From Lingula anatina (Eukaryota; Animalia; Brachiopoda): a DNA stretch of 64,000 nt. Shown here piece by piece: positions 49,601 through 62,013 of the stretch. The stretch lies in contig CM120645.1 in assembly GCA_051362555.1 (NCBI GenBank), positions 8,618,001-8,682,000 of the forward strand, read 5' to 3'. A model generated the notes under the pieces. That model saw nothing but the letters and a program-made list of their open reading frames with translations, was not told the DNA's origin and did no database searches. Within the stretch, counting starts at the first letter, position 1. Every line of letters begins with the position of its first letter. A program made the position numbers and the translations under genes.

Positions 49601-52600
49601 TAAAGGTTATAAGCGGCAGGATTCTGCTGTCGCCAGCTTGGATCGCATTAGTCACATGGCGAGGCAGGGGTCCAAAGCATCGCTCACAGATGTCGGCATT
49701 GAGGAGACTTCGGAAAATAACGAGGAGAAAACCTCCATGTTTTCTTTTGAACAGCTAGAAGATGAGGATGAGGAAGAACCAGTGTTACTATGATTTATTT
49801 ATCGCTGTATCAGTAGGACTCTGAATTCAGTGATGGTGCTGATAAAGATAATGAACAGTTTGGTTTTATTTACAAATTAAATAGAAGTTTCCCTGACCCA
49901 ACTTCAATATATTGTTTGCTGCACATAGTACATCAAAGCTATGGGTGTAATGGCTGGACCTTTTTTTTTTTTTGAGTTAATGGTAATATTTTGGAGTTCA
50001 AAATTGATCTGCCATTCAACAACAGTGGTTGCTAACACATATTCATATATTATTTGGCAATGGAATAAGAGAGGATTGTGCTTCTTTTTTTCTGAAATAC
50101 AACTTGCATTAATATTAACGCAGTTCAAGTTAAGATACATGTGGATTTAAGATTTTGGAATGGCACGTATCAGGATTGCAACATGTGGCAGGGAAATCAA
50201 TGTTTTCCCAAAACTCGGTGACATAAGCCAAGCCCAGTTCTAGTATAAACACTTTTATCCAACTGTACAATATGAATTTCTGAGATACTTGATTGTAAAG
50301 TGAGGCAACATAGAAGTATGTACGAAATGAGACCTGTATTTTATAGATCTACTAAATCAACAGTGATCATTGCTCAATTTCTTATCCTGAACACAGATCG
50401 AACAACTCCGCATTCAGAAACAGCCACATGCAGTACAGACACCATCATCAGATAGCACTAACTTCACAGGAGCTAGAGGATTTCATTTCATTCAGTGATG
50501 CTTCTATCTGTCTGTTTACCTAAATGAGTCTTCTACTTATCAGAGTAGTATGCTACTATGTGGCACTTGCTTCTGTCCAGAGCGACATGTTTTAGTCACT
50601 GAAATCAATGGTGATGCACGCAATGTATGCACAATATGAAAACATGGAAGAAAAGGAGAAATATATTGTAGATTTGTATGATCATAATTCCAAGGTGTTC
50701 ATCGATAAAAACTTGACAGTGACAGATATGGAAAATGCACGTCGTGGTAAAATGCACGGAAGATACTTTGATACACGGAATTAGAATTATTATCAAGAAT
50801 ATCCGGAGTAACACTTAACGCAAGCTTCATGTAGTAATCATGTGTAACTTTCATAAACACCGTAAAGATCGATATTATCACTGCAGAGGAAAACGTGTAA
50901 TTGGTATTGCTTCATTAATATAAGTATTAACAAGTACTGCAAGGATTACAAAAAGACAAAGTTGTTCTTCATAAAAAAACTTTGCTTATTCAGTCTGTGA
51001 TAACATGCAGACACAGTAATTAAGCCGTACGAATCTTGATGTTGCATTAAGGCTGAAAAAATCCATATTGTCTTCTCTGGTGGCTATTTATAGACTGACC
51101 TGTTCAATCGTCCTTGGAGCTTTAACTGATTGCAGCCATTGGAGAGGAAAATTGAACTTGGGAGGCTGTAGTTACTATGTGATTTAGTGGAGCAACTAAT
51201 TTTTCCACCATATTGTTGGACAATTGCAGAAAAAAATTAAATATCTTTTTTTCTTATTCCGTTGCCAAAGTGATTTACCAGGAGTATTTGGTGGAAAAAA
51301 TGATGTAACGCATAGGCCTAGAACAATGGTCCTTTGCTAACAGCTAATTAGATGTTTGCCAGATATTGTCAGTCAGTTGTTGAGGGTTTTTGTGTGGTCA
51401 TGATTTGCAAATCTGTTCCTCTTTCTTTTCCACATGTTCACTGAATAATTAACCAAAAATACATCAAGTACAATATATATATAAAGATAAACATTGTGGA
51501 CAAAATATGATGATCTTTGCCCCCTTGATAAGAAATGTAGATTTTAAAAGTAAAATGGGCAAATTATTGGTGAATCATGCACCACAATTCAGATTTCATA
51601 TTTCCTTGAATATTTTAAAACAAATTTTAAACATATTGAAGTCGCAGCAAATTAGTTGTTAAAACTTCCTTCACTTTGACTTCAAAAGTCACATGTATAT
51701 TTCATTTTAGTTTGACTTCAAAAGTCACTTGTGCTACCTTCGATTGATTTTAGTAAAAGATAATGTACAAGTCATGCATCTTAATGTGAAATACAGGACA
51801 TATGGTCATTACGCAATCTTTTCAGTGGGCAAAAACTACCAAACTTTCAGGTATGTAATTTTATACACAAAAAAAATTTATGCACAAAATTATTTTTCTG
51901 TGTAGCATTTGAGGTGCTTTTACTGCATAAAATATAACAACAGAGTAGCCTTTTAATCTGATTTCGTAGCTACCACTCAATAGGAAAGTTCTACTTTTAA
52001 GAAATTATGACTTAGATAATACGGTATCTGTAAATTTCACAATTTTTCCCCATTGAACAGATCTTGTAATTACCATAATTGATGAGATAAAGTCGAGCAA
52101 ATTATCTCCTCTGTATTGCATAAAGCTTCAATTCATGACAAGTGCTTTATCGGACATAAACCAAGGTTTGAGCAAAAAACAATGGGCCAAATCATGCGTT
52201 TTTTTTTTACTTTAACATACTAGTATGTCATAACTACACAGAATAGAGCACAGTGCCACCTAGAGTTTTCTGGTCGGACCATGGTTTTACGTAAGAAGGA
52301 GCCTGTTCCCATATTAAGATATAAGTGCCTAATTGTAATGAAATGTGATAATACAGACATAATATTATAAACGTAACTTTTAAGTATGTCATTGGGCATA
52401 ATCTTTGTTAGAACTAGGAACAAACTTATTCTTTGTGTTTCTGTGAGAAATATTGTCTGTCTGCATTGTATCGAACAGTAGCTGAGAATTAAACATTGAT
52501 GGATATAAAGTAAATGTAGTCCGTGATGTTAACACTGGTTCCATGCCAAATGCCTTTAATACTGAAACCAGGCCATTAGAAAATTGAAAATTTGTTCAGT

Positions 52601-55600
52601 TACTTTCAGTTTTTGCTGTTGGTCAGCCAGACCATAGTGACTCAAAGGACCAGGAGGCTAAAACATTTTAGCACATGCTTAAGATGGCTTGAAGAAAAGA
52701 CTATGGGGCCATTCAGAATGGAAGATCCGAGTATCAACCAGTCCAAGAATCAAACATGGGGACCCTGTAGTGGTCTGTCCACCTCTCAGATGCCTTTCCA
52801 CACATCTGGTTGAATGGAGCTCAGATTTAATTACTGTGCCCCTGCAGGGATGACGTGTAGGGAGGCATTTGAGAGGCGGAGAGATCATGACAGGATTAAG
52901 CGGTCTTCCTTTCAAGTAGGGTCTGTCATATTTGATCCTTGGACCAGTTGATCCTTGGATCTTCTATTCTGAATGACCTCTGTGAGGATTTGTGCAAATC
53001 TAGGAGCATTAAGGTCCAAATATATATATATTTATATATCTATATATATATATTTTTTTTGCCCTTTGTTTAAAAACACATGGATTGTTTTGGCTGAAAC
53101 ATGTTTTTTTTTTTTGTTCTTCACTTTAAAAAAATGTGTGCATTGTACCCAAAGTGCCTGCCTTGACATCTGCCCAAAGGCTCTGTTTGTTCCAGACAAT
53201 TTATATACTCTACAGCAACAAGAACTAGGGCCTTAGGGTATGTTAAATACTGAGCAATGATTGGATTGTAGATACTAATGGGAATTAGCTGATCTGAATG
53301 AAAATTGGGTGGCACATTGGTTGATGTGAATAAAAAAAGTGGGTGGAGCATTGCATGATTTGAATAAAAAGTGGTTGGCACATTGGATGTTTTGGATTAA
53401 ATTGGGTGGCCTGGGGTATTGGTTGATTTGTATAAAAAGTGGGTGGGAGATTGGATGTTTTGGATTAAATTGAGTGGCCTGAGGTATTAGTTGATTTGTA
53501 TAAAAAGTGGGTGGGACATAAATTGATATCATATGTCTCTTAAGATTTTACTGAGAACATTGATCCTATCCTCTACCTATGGTAGCTTTTAAAATTAGTC
53601 TCTCATGTGGATATGTGTACTTTGCTTGGGATGAAATTAGTATGGCTAGCCTAATATTTTGGCAAAGGCTAATAAAAACAAATTTTCAACCTGAAGTTTT
53701 TTTTAGCAAGAAAGCCAGGAGTGTTTAGAATAAGACCCAAAGGAGCATTTATACAAAGTGCACTTTCTCATTTGTATGAGAATGTTGTCATGGTTATTGA
53801 TCATGTAAAATACATCAACCATTGATTGCGAGAGTTTATTGTCAGCATGTTAGGGTAATGTTTAGCTATCTGTAAGCATAAGATTACATAGTGATGATAC
53901 TGCTGTATTTGATAAGATGGCTATATTTGGGATTGGAGTGATGTATGAAATTATGTGGACTCTTCCCATATCTTCTGCTCTATACTCTTAAGGAATATTT
54001 TTACACACAAAAACAGCCAAGGTACAAGCATAATGAATAGTGTTTTAATAAGAGATTTTGGTGTGGCTAGGGGGAAATATGTGTATCTGTTAGATGAGCA
54101 GACACAATTTTAAGTATGGCTGTACTTAGCACTGGAAGCACATTCAGCAAATAACAATTGGAATAATAAAAAACAAATACAACACAGTCCTTGATAAAAT
54201 AGGAGAAAGCCTATTTCTTGCCATTTAGTGTAGAATTAAGTGATTTTACAGCATCTAGAGAGGAGAGTGGAGTCAGAAATAATGGCTGTCTTGTAATTGC
54301 AATGCATAAAGAAATAATTTATCCATTTATGTTTTTCTGGCTGTTTGCTTTCAAGTTCTGTCGAACATTTTTTTGCTCTATGGTGCAAATGCTACATATT
54401 TTGCATGTCTCTTTAGTATCACTTTCTAATATGCCATGTCCATCACAATGAGCTTACCCTGGTGCTGAAAAGTAAACCCCATCTCACGCAGAGCCTCGAA
54501 GGTTTCCTAGCATCGTATGACATCATGCAATGTTTGCCATTAATTCATGTGGGTTGTTTTCTAGGAAAGAGAGAGTTTGAGATCTGATATATTAGAAAGT
54601 AATTCTCTCAGATAATGTTCACCAGAGGATAATTGCAAAGAGCGACCCTGCAACGTGAAAGATGTTATTGATTTTATGATAGAATTATTGGTATCTTGAT
54701 ACTTCAGTGTACAGTTTTAGTTTCCAAATTGGCTTCTCTATCCACAATTATTTCTAATAAATCACATTATTGTATCTTGTCCACGCAGGGAATTGTCCAA
54801 TATCAGTTTCTGCAGTGTCTGTGTGTGAGAAAATTCTGCTTGTACCTACAGTTGCCTTTTGTTACATACATGTGTAGCTCCTAAAATATTTACTTGGATT
54901 TCTACTTCTCTAAAAAGGCTAAATTGTGTACTTCTAGCTTGAACATCTGCCTTTTTAGGAGCAGAAGGTAACAAGGGGTGTGTAGAAAACCAAGATTGCC
55001 TTCCAATGGAACAAAACTTTAAAACATCAAAACATTTCAAGGCTCCCCATGTGAATAGAGCTTTTATTAGCTAGCATGTTTTCTTATAGACATTTTCCTC
55101 TGTCTTTGAAAGGGAGGGAACTTCAGTCAGTTCCTATGTGATACTTGCTACAAAGATGGAGATTTAAGATATAGCTTATATTTAAATGCATTGGCTAAAA
55201 TTACACATATATTTGGCCAAAATGAATCTCATCCCAGAATTACAGAAATTTAAATGCAGTCTGGGCACTAAAATATTTCTAATTATCAGATGATGTCATT
55301 TGGTGTCTGTCAAAGTTACTCCTGTGTATGAAAACGTACAGTACTAAGCCAGTAGCTCTACTCCTGCAGTCAGCGCATGGAGAGAGAACCCATCAACTCA
55401 TGACTAGAGTTACATTAAAGAGAGTAAAGGGTTATCAATCATTTACTTTCCTGACTCGATAGCTTTATCCAAAGCTTAGGAGCACTCTGAGATTACATTC
55501 ACACTTTCTTGTTATTGTGCAGTCGAATGGAAGAAATAGACTCCGCCAGATAAGATGCATGAGGTTGTGCTTTTTTTAAATGAAAAGTCAACTGATTGCT

Positions 55601-56339
55601 AGTCTATCAGTGCATGAAAAGGGTAAATTTCTAATCTAGCCAGTTTTCTGCAGGGGAAGTGAGAGGAAATATGCTTGTATTGTGAAATCACATTTGCCTC
55701 TTCGAAAAGAAAGTTGCAGTTTTCTAGGGATGGCTGAGTAATGGGAAAACTCCCATGACCTGCTTCACAATAAATAAATAAATAAATAAATAAATGCCAA
55801 AGGATAATATTTTTGTCTACTTTGGCCCAAGATAAATGGTTAGTAGTCCATTGAAATAAAACAGTGAATCTACTTTAAAGATTTGGTGAAAATTGTTTGT
55901 GGTATTATTAATACTAGCAAGCATCACATATAGAAGTTCTCTGTCTGCATCACATGGATGTGACACAGAGTTCCTCTCAAAGACCCCATTCCCATAGATT
56001 TTAGATCGATCTATCCCTGTGGGGAGTCTTACTAGATTACTGTCAGCTTAGCTGGTTTAAGCGTCTGTACTGCCTACTAAAAGCTGTGCGCGCTCGGCTG
56101 ACTGCAAATTAGTGTGAACCCCCAGGGAGTTAGGTCGATCTAAATCTAAGTCTCTGGATCGATCTAAATCTCTGGGAATGCACCCAAAGAGTCCTTCCTC
56201 ATCTGTCACAATCAGATTCAAGATGTCAGGTGGTCCACCTAACACACTCCCCTCTACCAGGATGTTCACAGATGTTTCTCTGTCTTATTCTGTGCACATT
56301 TCTGTGATGTCCAGCAAAAAAAAAAAAAAAATAATAAAA

Positions 56340-56370
<31 letters not shown>

Positions 56371-56997
56371 AATAAAATAGATAAAAATAAACAAATAATA
56401 TAATTAAAAAATAATAATGATTTAGAAGTAAATTCAGTTCATTCTGCACAACATTTGGAATTATTGAGAACGAGGAATTTTCAGAGGGTGACCATTTTGC
56501 TTCATCCAGTAGTGTGATTTCACATAACAGAAGAAGATAAATGTTTGGGGTAATGCTGGCAATTTTTTTCTCTTAACCAAATCACTACTTTTTCATCACT
56601 TTTTTCTACAAATGGTTTAAATTTGACTAAAACAAGTGAAATCAACCATTTTTTTGCCATCTTGAGTCCATTTTAGCATTTGACTAAATTGGTGATTGTT
56701 AGCGCTACCCCAGAATGTAATTATGGATAAATGATACAACAATGACCAAATGCAGTCACCTGACCAGTCAGTTGGGTCACTTAACACTTATTTCCCTGTT
56801 GAAGATCAGTAGTACCAGTTGCAACCATAGATGATTGCTATATTACTTCACAAGTTCAGTGATAGATCTATTTTTTTTAGATGAATCAAGAATATTTTGT
56901 GAATTTTATTTTTTTCACGTATATATATTTATTTACTTTTATCTATTTCCAGTATGAAGAACGTAGGGCAGACAAGGCACTTCCAGAAAATTACAAG
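39138..56997 (+). CDS. 5' part of a gene encoding an N-terminal SH3-domain protein (possibly PI3K regulatory subunit p85-like); exon 1 39138-39323, probable exon 2 56953-56997; continues beyond the window
   Basis: Exon 1 MEVFKAICDF...LPFKKGDKFEVL...EWWGARALKGNKIGYIPAKYMK carries the SH3 hallmarks (ALYDF-like, L-F-KGD, WW, GYIP-Y) and ends at a phase-0 GT. A 45-nt phase-0 exon YEERRADKALPENYK has good splice sites. The p85 identity is an inference only. Confidence 0.75.
41885..42008 (-). mobile_element. Degenerate HINE/Helentron-associated repeat fragment
   Basis: Ends in AACAACCTCCTTGACAGAAATAA, resembling the reverse complement of the TTACCTCCACCAAGGATGTTATG terminus at 60737. The internal part matches 23495-23596. 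Confidence 0.45.
45257..45870 (+). mobile_element. Non-autonomous DNA transposon, 614 bp, with perfect 77-bp TIRs, an 8-bp TSD and a RecQ-like helicase fragment (AcademH-like)
   Basis: 45257-45333 is the exact reverse complement of 45794-45870. ATTAAGAT flanks both sides (45249-45256, 45871-45878). 45560-45658 translates to ELKPEQYDALHHYLLRDDVFCVLPTGYGKSLIF. Confidence 0.88.
47568..47670. mobile_element. Partial copy of the MITE at 12965-13134
   Basis: GGCCACATTCAGAACAGTGGACTAACTAGTC...CCCACTTGAAT aligns with the reverse complement of the right half of 12965-13134. Confidence 0.7.
49329..49793 (+). CDS. Nested intronless ORF: 154-aa disordered, predicted N-myristoylated adaptor-like protein
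   Basis: Longest ORF in the window. Strong start context (AAAATGG), GC-richer codon-like composition, MGQRASK N-terminus, YVQM, RQDS and RQGS sites, and C-terminal EDEDEEEPVLL. A splice-acceptor-like site sits 11 nt upstream of the ATG. Confidence 0.65.
   Translation: MGQRASKRAFRQLGSPGEEDASTTSNGDPHTAYSSTYVQMQEPQGEESSSSCVRVEEPERSVEGTTGSVTSAGSSNRDSDLGFSAKTLLNYKGYKRQDSAVASLDRISHMARQGSKASLTDVGIEETSENNEEKTSMFSFEQLEDEDEEEPVLL
53301..53520. repeat. Degenerate tandem repeat (68-bp unit built from ~34-bp subunits)
   Basis: TTGGATGTTTTGGATTAAATTG(G/A)GTGGCCTG(G/A)GGTATT(G/A)GTTGATTTGTATAAAAAGTGGGTGGGA occurs twice, preceded by more diverged units. Confidence 0.8.
55981..56185. mobile_element. MITE family D copy
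   Basis: CATTCCCATAGATTTTAGATCGATC pairs with GATCGATCTAAATCTCTGGGAATG. Similar to 14981-15226 and 33220-33300. Confidence 0.7.
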
Positions 56998-59900
56998 GTA
57001 GGAGGAAGTTGATGATTTAATGGAACTGTTCACTGTTATGTAGACCAATTTTGACTGAAAAGTGAATGAATTGTGGCATTTTGACACTTAGGCTTGAATT
57101 TTTTTAATCCACTTTGTCTGTATGTGTTTCTTTGTGTGTGAGGTCTTTCTCCATAAAATCATTTAACTCTGTGGTATTTATCAAGCTGTGGCCCCTGCTT
57201 TAAAAATGTAAGAAATAATAAGCCCCCCCCCAAAAAAAAAAAAATGCTCTTCAAAACTGAAAACAACTTGGTATGTAAATTTATGCCATTTAAAAATACT
57301 TTTTGTGTGAGGGGCACAATATCCTCATTGACCTTGACAGCTGCTCCGTATCATTTGTCAAATAAGATGCGAGCTGTTTGTCTTTTATTTAAAACCAACT
57401 TTTTACTTTGGTTCTGCATTAAACTGGTCCCTGGTCAACAACTGGACCCTGGCCATCATATATCTCTACATTCAGCAGTCCTAGAAGGATGACGGACATA
57501 CATACTTGACGCGGTTCTTAACCATGACCAACAACAACAACAAGGCAGTTGACAGACCATTTTAACTGACCGACAAAATGCCAAGCTGAGATCAGATCTC
57601 AAAGTCAGATAACAGGCACAACCCAAGGCTGTTTGTTATGGCCAACTGTTATCTGTTAGAATCCTCACATGTTTGCTGCTAGGTTTAAGCATAAGGGGGA
57701 CGTGTTTTATCTAGAGGTTGGTCACATGCTTGGGTAAAGGAACGTTAGATGGGTCCCTGATATGGCATTGCCAGTGCATTGGTTATATATGCTATAGAGA
57801 GTTCATCCCCCCAGGGAATAGTTTTCACATTTTAAAATCATTGAACAAAGTAAGTGGCTGTTCTTGGTCGTGTTCACACACTGGGCTAACTTGGACTGGA
57901 AATTGACTAAACTGTGTCATATGACATCATTAGTTCACTGTTTTACCTCTAAGATAAGTAAGCTTCTGGTGCTTTTTGTAAGGGAAGAATCATACTCAGT
58001 CTCTGGTTACAGAGGTTAATTTCTATATATCTCTGAAACTCAGGTTGGGATGTGTTTCATAGATATTTATCCTACTATCAACCAATCAGAAGCCTTGTTC
58101 TTGAAGCCTTCTGGAACAACTTATGGGGATTTCCTCCCTCAGTCTCGATTCAATAATGCTAATGAATTTTTGAAAAAAATTCACACTTGTTTGCTTACCT
58201 CAGCTTCAAGAAAATTTAATGTGATGACTTTAAATACTATATATTAAAATTTTTTATTGTAGATTTTTAGAATATAAAAATGTTAGTTGTACTGCATAAA
58301 CAAGGCCTTATTTGTATAGGTGCCACCGAATCCTTGTAAAACAGATCAAAAATGTGAAATGACCTCTGTTTTATTTATTTATTTATTTATTTATCATTTC
58401 TGAGGCATGTTGTTTTGTTGGTGTCTGACATACATGTAAGAAAAGGACAAGAACTAGCCGAGGCTAAAGTAGTGTTGTTTTGATAGATATGGAATTGAAG
58501 AGAGCCTCTGTAAATTAGATGATTGTGCTGATATGAAGTGGTTTGATGTATTTTGATATGGAAATGACTTAAGATTTCTAGATAACCACAGTGCCGCACA
58601 CTTATTTTTGTATGCTAGTCCAGGAAAAAGAGGCATAAATTGTTTTATTGTAATGTAAATGTAATGAATATGATATTTTTTCTTTGCCTGAAGTTTATCA
58701 TTTATTGTGCCAATAATAAATATGGATACAGTCTTTACCTGATTTTAATGTCAGCTATTTTCAACAGGTTATTAGTAAGTATGATACTTTGACATGTTTT
58801 GTCAACATTTTAGCACCCACCAAGTAACAGGATGAAGAACATATTTAGATTGGAGAAGTTCCTTCGTAAAGGAATGAAATAAAGGTTTTGTTTGGAGGAA
58901 ATTTTGATAGGGTATTATTAAGCAAAAATTGCTTTATGTTTCTTCATATTTTTAAAGGTAATTACTTCTGGTGAGGTGTAATATTTTTATGTAAGAATCA
59001 TTGTCAAGCCCTCCCCCCTTTAAATCTCCCCCACCCACTCAAACATACATGGTTTCAAACACTTCAGTTAGATAAAGTTTTTAAAAAATTTGCTGTGGGC
59101 TTGATTCAAAATATGAATAAAGTACTCAAAGTGCTTGAAGATTATTTAGAAGAAAGGAAGGATTTATTATATTTTATGCAATGACATTTTTTTTTACTTT
59201 ATACACATATATTCAGAACAATTACTTTTTATAATGTGCAGCATTGCAGTGTGAGAGAATACAGTAGACTTATTTCTCATGGCAACTCCTGCCCCTTTTC
59301 AGGTTTCTTTTTGTATTACGCATTTTTATCATTCATTGTGCAACAGAGGTCATTTCGCCTGTAGATGAACAGCGATAAGCTTTGTGGAAACCCTTTCAGC
59401 TGAATTCTTTCACTCTTGCATTATTTTTTAAAGCTAAATAACCTTTCTCTTTACTTCAGTAAAAAGATGATAATGAATAGAAGTACATCTGCATTGTACA
59501 TGCTACTAAAAGAGAAAATTAAGATTTTGATAAAAGTCACATACATATCTGTACCCCCCCCCTTCCAAAAAAAAAAAAAAAAAAAAAAAGAAAGAAAAAA
59601 GATCCTAATCTTGTAGGAAGTTGTACATATATATTGTAGACGATGAACATTTAATATGGTAAATTTACATGTTTAGTGCCCATTCATCTACTGCAAATGG
59701 AAATTTTATTGAAAGCAGTTTTTGGTGATCGTTACCCATATGCTCAGTGCCGTTTTAAATGGAAATGCACAACAAATATGCTCTGTCTCCAGAATTCTTT
59801 CATTCACTGCAACAAAACCTGGATGTTGCATGAGAAAACTGATCAGTTACGAGTAAGTAGCAGTACTTACTGTGTCAAAATAAAGCTAGGTTGGTGATCT

Positions 59901-60325
59901 ATAAGGCCTTTATGACTTTAAGTGGCACTATGTAGAGTTTTCATTGTTTTTAAATCTTCATATTTTCTGTTCAGAAAGATTGCTGATGCCTGAGACACAC
60001 CGCACCATTTAGTTAATGGGGTTCCCTCCCTGTGGTGAAAAATGTGATTTTTTATCAAAGGAAATGGCAATGAATGCCTGTAACTGTTTACGTGGCTTAG
60101 AAATGGTCTTCAAAAAATGATAAAGATTAAAGGACATGTGTGAGTTTTGAACTACAACCCTTAGAACTTTTTGTGACATAATGGCATGTACAGATCATGT
60201 AAATATTGTGTGCTGTTTCAAACATGCAATCAGGACTAGTTGGGAAAAAAAATAACTTAAGATAACACGCAATGAAGCTTTGAATGGGTGTATGGCATGT
60301 CAAGTGTTTGACTTGTTGAACCAAA

Positions 60326-60365
<40 letters not shown>

Positions 60366-60736
60366 GTGTTTGCATACACTTTTTTGTTGAGTAAGTAAAA
60401 ATTGTTAAGTAGAAATAATATTAAATGAATTAGAGTCCTTTTTAACAGCAGTTTTGTCTGCATGGATTGCCTGCTGTAACATTGCCTGCTTGAAGAAATC
60501 ACTCAGATACTGAGAAAAAGACATTTTTGTACATTACAGGTAATTGCAATGCATCTCAGCTGTCATTTGGTTAAAACACTTGACCTCATCTTTACGTACG
60601 TTGTAATGAAATAGTTTTATTAGCAGGTAAATCTTACGTGCAGAAATTAGTTATACAAAAGGGAGGATGAAAAAATGAAACAAACAGGTATTCACTGGAT
60701 CAAAAGAAATACAGATGATCCTAAAGTCGTTTTGTT

Positions 60737-60803
60737 TTACCTCCACCAAGGATGTTATGTTTGCCTTGAGCTCCTTGGTGGAGGTCTTCACTCACTGAGT
60801 TTT
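60737..60803 (+). mobile_element. Minimal HINE-like element reduced to its termini
   Basis: Perfect 14-bp inverted repeat ACCTCCACCAAGGA (60739-60752) / TCCTTGGTGGAGGT (60772-60785), then a short hairpin ACTCA-C-TGAGT, with T-rich flanks. Confidence 0.55.
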
Positions 60804-61920
60804 TGAAAAACTTGAAATCAGTTTGGCATTATTAACTCAGAAATTGCTGATGTATCTGGATGTATTGTCAGTGTGAAAAAAATTTGAATTAATACAACAT
60901 TAAATTGGACTGCAGTGGCTAAAGGGCAGATTAAAAAGACGCCGATTATTAGACACATAAAAGATATGTATCGTGGGCTTGAATAAGCTGCTACTTGTAA
61001 AAGTCTACTTTTAAATGATGTATGTTATCAATTTTGATTCAGACAGTTCAAAATTGAAACTTATTAGTAAACATGAGACAGAAAGGTGTGCCAACCTTGC
61101 TGTCTGAACAGTAGTTCAAGTGTAGGGATGGGATTTCGGAGGCCACGAACAAAATAGCATATATTATAAAACATTAACCCAAACCTGTTCATTTTTACAC
61201 GACAGTAGTTCAAGGCTAATGCGTACTTACATGTTAAATTGATGTCATAGTTGGCACGGTTCAATGAAAATGTGTTATATATATTGTACGCACTTCAGTT
61301 AATTTGAGAGGGAGGTGTATACACGCACTTGGGTTGCCCACAGCTGCTCCGTTGGAATGTAAAAGGGTCCACATCAAAAGTGGTGGACAATGGGACAACA
61401 AAAGGATGTTTTGGGGATGGCAGTGGAGGCTGACAGCATAATGGGAGGGTCAGTGGATAAATGCCGAGGGGCAACGACCCAGATTTCCCATTAGTATTAA
61501 AAACAGAATTGAGCTGCGACTTGGTCATATTGGATGGTTTGAACCGATCAGTACTTTCCACTCTATCCAGAGGAACTAGGAAGCACTGTCAAGATTATGT
61601 GAATGAGGACATTCGTATGAAGTGTTTCTGGTGGTCATTTCTCTTCTGGCTCCTCTAATTTTGGACAATTTTTTCAAACCGACATTCCATTGACAATCAT
61701 AGACAGAGATTGTGAAGAATTTGGTTTCAAAAAAAAAAAAAAAGTATTCCCATGTTGGTGTTTACACCATTAAGGCTAATGATGTGATTTATGGCAGCAG
61801 GTATTTTTAACCTTATACACGGATTTGGAGGTAGATAGGGTCACGGTGAAATTGTGGTTGAGATGTGAATTTCTCAACAGTATACCTTAAGATACATGTA
61901 CTCCTGAAACTGTCTTCCAG

Positions 61921-62013
61921 TTTTGTTTTCCAAATCGAACTTTGATTTTAAAAAGCAAAGCAAAAATGTACAAAATTCGCTATTCGGGAATCAAGAGGAT
62001 TCATCAGGAACAG
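61921..62013 (+). CDS. Candidate exon of the SH3 gene, either internal or an alternative start (MYKIRYSGIKRIHQEQ)
   Basis: Acceptor TCTTCCAG and donor CAG/GTGAGA enclose 93 nt open in phase 0, with an internal AAAATG. An upstream donor CAG/GTATTT lies at 61800. Confidence 0.45.

Noticed and set aside
52592-52915. GC-richer segment with an acceptor-like site and short ORFs in the SH3 gene intron
   Set aside because: No recognisable product and no convincing phase-compatible donor. It could be a non-coding exon but cannot be supported.
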